The position numbers were made by a program, and so were the translations under genes. Source: Isurus oxyrinchus (Eukaryota). Taken from it: DNA of 64,000 nucleotides. Of this stretch, positions 61,628-64,000 are shown piece by piece. Within the stretch, counting starts at the first letter, position 1. The number at the start of each line of letters is the position of its first letter. The stretch is from assembly GCA_026770705.1 (NCBI GenBank), contig JANJGN010000022.1, positions 15,500,001-15,564,000 of the forward strand, given 5' to 3'. The notes beneath the pieces were generated by a model. The model searched no databases. It was given only the letters and a program-made list of their open reading frames with translations, and was not told the origin of the DNA.

Positions 61628-62030
61628 AAGAACATATGGAGTTGACTATTTAACCTCTTGAGCCTGTTCCGTCTTCAGTATGACCATGGCTGACCTGCAA
61701 CCTAATTCCAAACACCCGTCTTAACCCAACACCATTGGATACCATTGCTACCATTGGATAACAAAAACCTATCAAATTTGGATTTAAAGTTAACACTTGA
61801 TTTAGTATCAATTGCTGTTTGCAAAAAAGAGTCCCCAACTTCTGCCACTCTTTTGTATGAAGAAGTGTTTCCTAATTTCACTCCTGAGCATTCTGGCTCT
61901 AATTTTCAGACTATGCCCCCTAGTCCTAGAATCCCAAACTTACGGAAATAGTTTCTCTCAATCTAATTTATCTGTTTTTTAATATCTTTAAAACTTTCAT
62001 TAAATCACCCCTTAACTTTCAAAATTCCAC
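61628..62030 (-). mobile_element. CR1 3' end
   Basis: AAGAACAT..GGAGT.GAC.ATT..CCTC.TGAGCCTGTTCC..TGACCATGGCTGACCTG, the same pattern as 1-670. Confidence 0.7.
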
Positions 62031-63603
62031 TTGTTACGTGGCTACCTCTAATATATTAATTTTATACATTTGTAATGATTTTATTTTCTTGTATAAGTTT
62101 TCATGAAAATTCTATCTTTACCATTTCATTCTGTGACATTATGGTTATGTGCTGTGATTTCTTTGTTTCAACTAATGACAACTCTGGAGTATATTAGTCA
62201 AAAGAATGACCATCAGGTACATATGCCAAGTTGCCAGCAGCTCATTATGGCATCATTTAACAAAAAATATGGTTCGGATGGATTAGAAAGGGGAATGAGG
62301 ATTTATATCCTAGCTGTAGGTAACTATCTTTCAATAAATACTATTCCAATATGAACATGCTTTACCTGTGAGGTTAATTATCTAAATGAGTACGACTTCA
62401 GTTAAATCAATTTATTACATCCATTCATTGTCACTTTTGCTCAGTTGGTAACATTGTTACTACCAAAAGATTGTCAACTCAGATCAAACTCCAAGGCTTG
62501 GAAATAAAATCTCAGCTGGTAATCCAGTGCATTATCAAGGGAGTGCAGTAAAGGTGGGGTAAATGCATTTTCAGAAGACATTTTGTGCCACAGAGAGCAT
62601 TGCATCTTTTGATGGAAATATAGATAAACATTTGAAGCAGAGGAAGATACTGAGTTATGGGTAGATAGTAGGTGCATTAGATTTGGATTGCTTTAGTAAA
62701 TCGTTAATGCAGATATGATGGGCTGTTGAACCTTCTTTTGTGCTGTAAACTTCTATGGTCCAATATTCATGCTAGTATTCTTGTTTTTCTGTTCTCTTTA
62801 CACTAAAGAACTCTAAGAGCCATAATGCAAATGTTTGTTGCCCATGCGTTTGCTCCATGCGTTATGCAGTTTTGCTGATTAATCTCCCACTTCGACATTT
62901 TAAACTTTTGACATCAAAGGGAATAATGCTCCTCATTTATCTCCACTGTACCAATATGAACAATTAGTCACCTTTTCCACTATTGTCACTACTTCCATTT
63001 TAATGTGAAGCCACATCCTTTTAAGAGCTGCTGCTTCACTAGGTTTTCCAGAAAATGTATCAGCAAGTCGGAGATTATAAGTAGACATTCAGGCTCATTT
63101 TATCAGTCTGCCCTGCCTGCAAGGAACCATACAGCTAGATGCACCGCTCCCATTGCTGCTAGGGATCTGAATTTGGGATTTTCCTGGTTTGACTATCAAA
63201 CCAGATATTATGTCTGCAAGATAGATATCTTGATTCAGATAGCATACCTCAGCAGTCAGTCAGCTCATTATATAGTATGTCATTAAAATTATTGTAAATT
63301 ATTAAACATTAGTTATAATAATAAATAAGCAGTAATGACACAGCACAGGAGATCTTGATTTGGTACTATAGTGTACAATGGGTTGGCAGCTCATTTTACA
63401 TCTCCCCATTTCTATTTCCATTGATTTCACCCATTTCATATTATTGCACAAAGTCAAGATTTACCTCATTAAGAGGCTAACACCATCTGTTTTCCAAGAT
63501 GCATTACAAGGTTGAAATAGCTGTGCTACTATTTATAACATTTACATCTTCAGTTGTTGTTTACTATGCTAAACTTGTAAATAAGATGCAAATGCAGTTG
63601 ATA

Positions 63604-63713
63604 AAAACAAAAAAACTGCGGATGCTGGAAATCCAAAACAAAAACAACATTACCTGGAAAAACTCAGCAGGTCTGGCAGCATCGGCGGAGAAGAAAAGAG
63701 TTGACGTTTCAGC
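63604..63713 (-). mobile_element. Very short Penelope terminal-repeat insertion with TSD
   Basis: Reverse strand GAAACGTCAACTC..GATGCTGCCAGACCTGCTGAGTTTTTCCAGGTA..GGATTTCCAGCATCCGCAG. Flanked by TGCAAATGCAGTTGATA (63587-63603) / TGCAAATGCAGCTGAGA (63714-63730). Confidence 0.8.
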
Positions 63714-63801
63714 TGCAAATGCAGCTGAGACAAGTTGGTTTCTGACTGACAACAGGAATCAGTGATTGAAATTAAGACAAACTCAATGGTATCAGAGATT
63801 A

Positions 63802-64000
63802 GGGGCTGGATTTTAAGGCCACAAATCAAGCAGGCCTGTGTGTACATAAAATAGGACGTGATGACATCAGGTCAGCAACCAGACATCATCACGCCAGTCT
63901 CCGAAATTACGGAAGACAAGTGGGTGCATAAATCCGAGCCATCCCATCATTTCAAAACAACCAATTAACAAACTGTTGAGCTTGTTAAAGAGCCCAATGT
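63802..64000. mobile_element. Harbinger-type element, left end; runs off the window
   Basis: TTA|GGGGCTGGATTTT, the same TIR type as the other Harbinger MITEs. Confidence 0.55.

Noticed and set aside
1-64000. Prokaryotic systems (CRISPR array, operons, defence islands), rRNA genes
   Set aside because: The sequence is vertebrate-type repeat-rich DNA, with no repeat-spacer array, no dense ORF packing and no rRNA motifs seen.

Overview
Eukaryotic, repeat-dense, AT-rich and CpG-depleted DNA. The repeat inventory points to a cartilaginous fish (shark-type) genome: CR1 and L2 LINE remnants, SacSINE1-like DeuSINEs, Penelope GIY-YIG elements and PIF/Harbinger elements; this taxon call is inferred from the families, not proven. 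I found no intact protein-coding gene and no convincing host coding exon, so the window looks intronic or intergenic; nearly all listed ORFs are TE remnants or chance. Main contents: (i) a ~5.5 kb two-gene Harbinger transposon with a Myb/SANT-like pseudogene and a convergent HARBI1-type transposase pseudogene, plus many Harbinger derivatives and MITEs; (ii) a near-full-length decayed RTE LINE; (iii) two 5'-truncated Tx1 LINE copies with TSDs; (iv) several solo LTRs; (v) Penelope-like elements whose terminal repeats carry minimal hammerhead-ribozyme motifs, including a ~1.5 kb head-to-head palindrome hosting a 140-bp tRNA-derived mini-SINE; (vi) an unclassified CpG-rich ~1 kb insert with RSS-heptamer-like motifs; (vii) TE-free blocks with PBX-HOX/MEIS motifs that may be conserved enhancers. 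Family names come from recalled consensus motifs and need a RepeatMasker/Dfam check; boundaries without a TSD are approximate.
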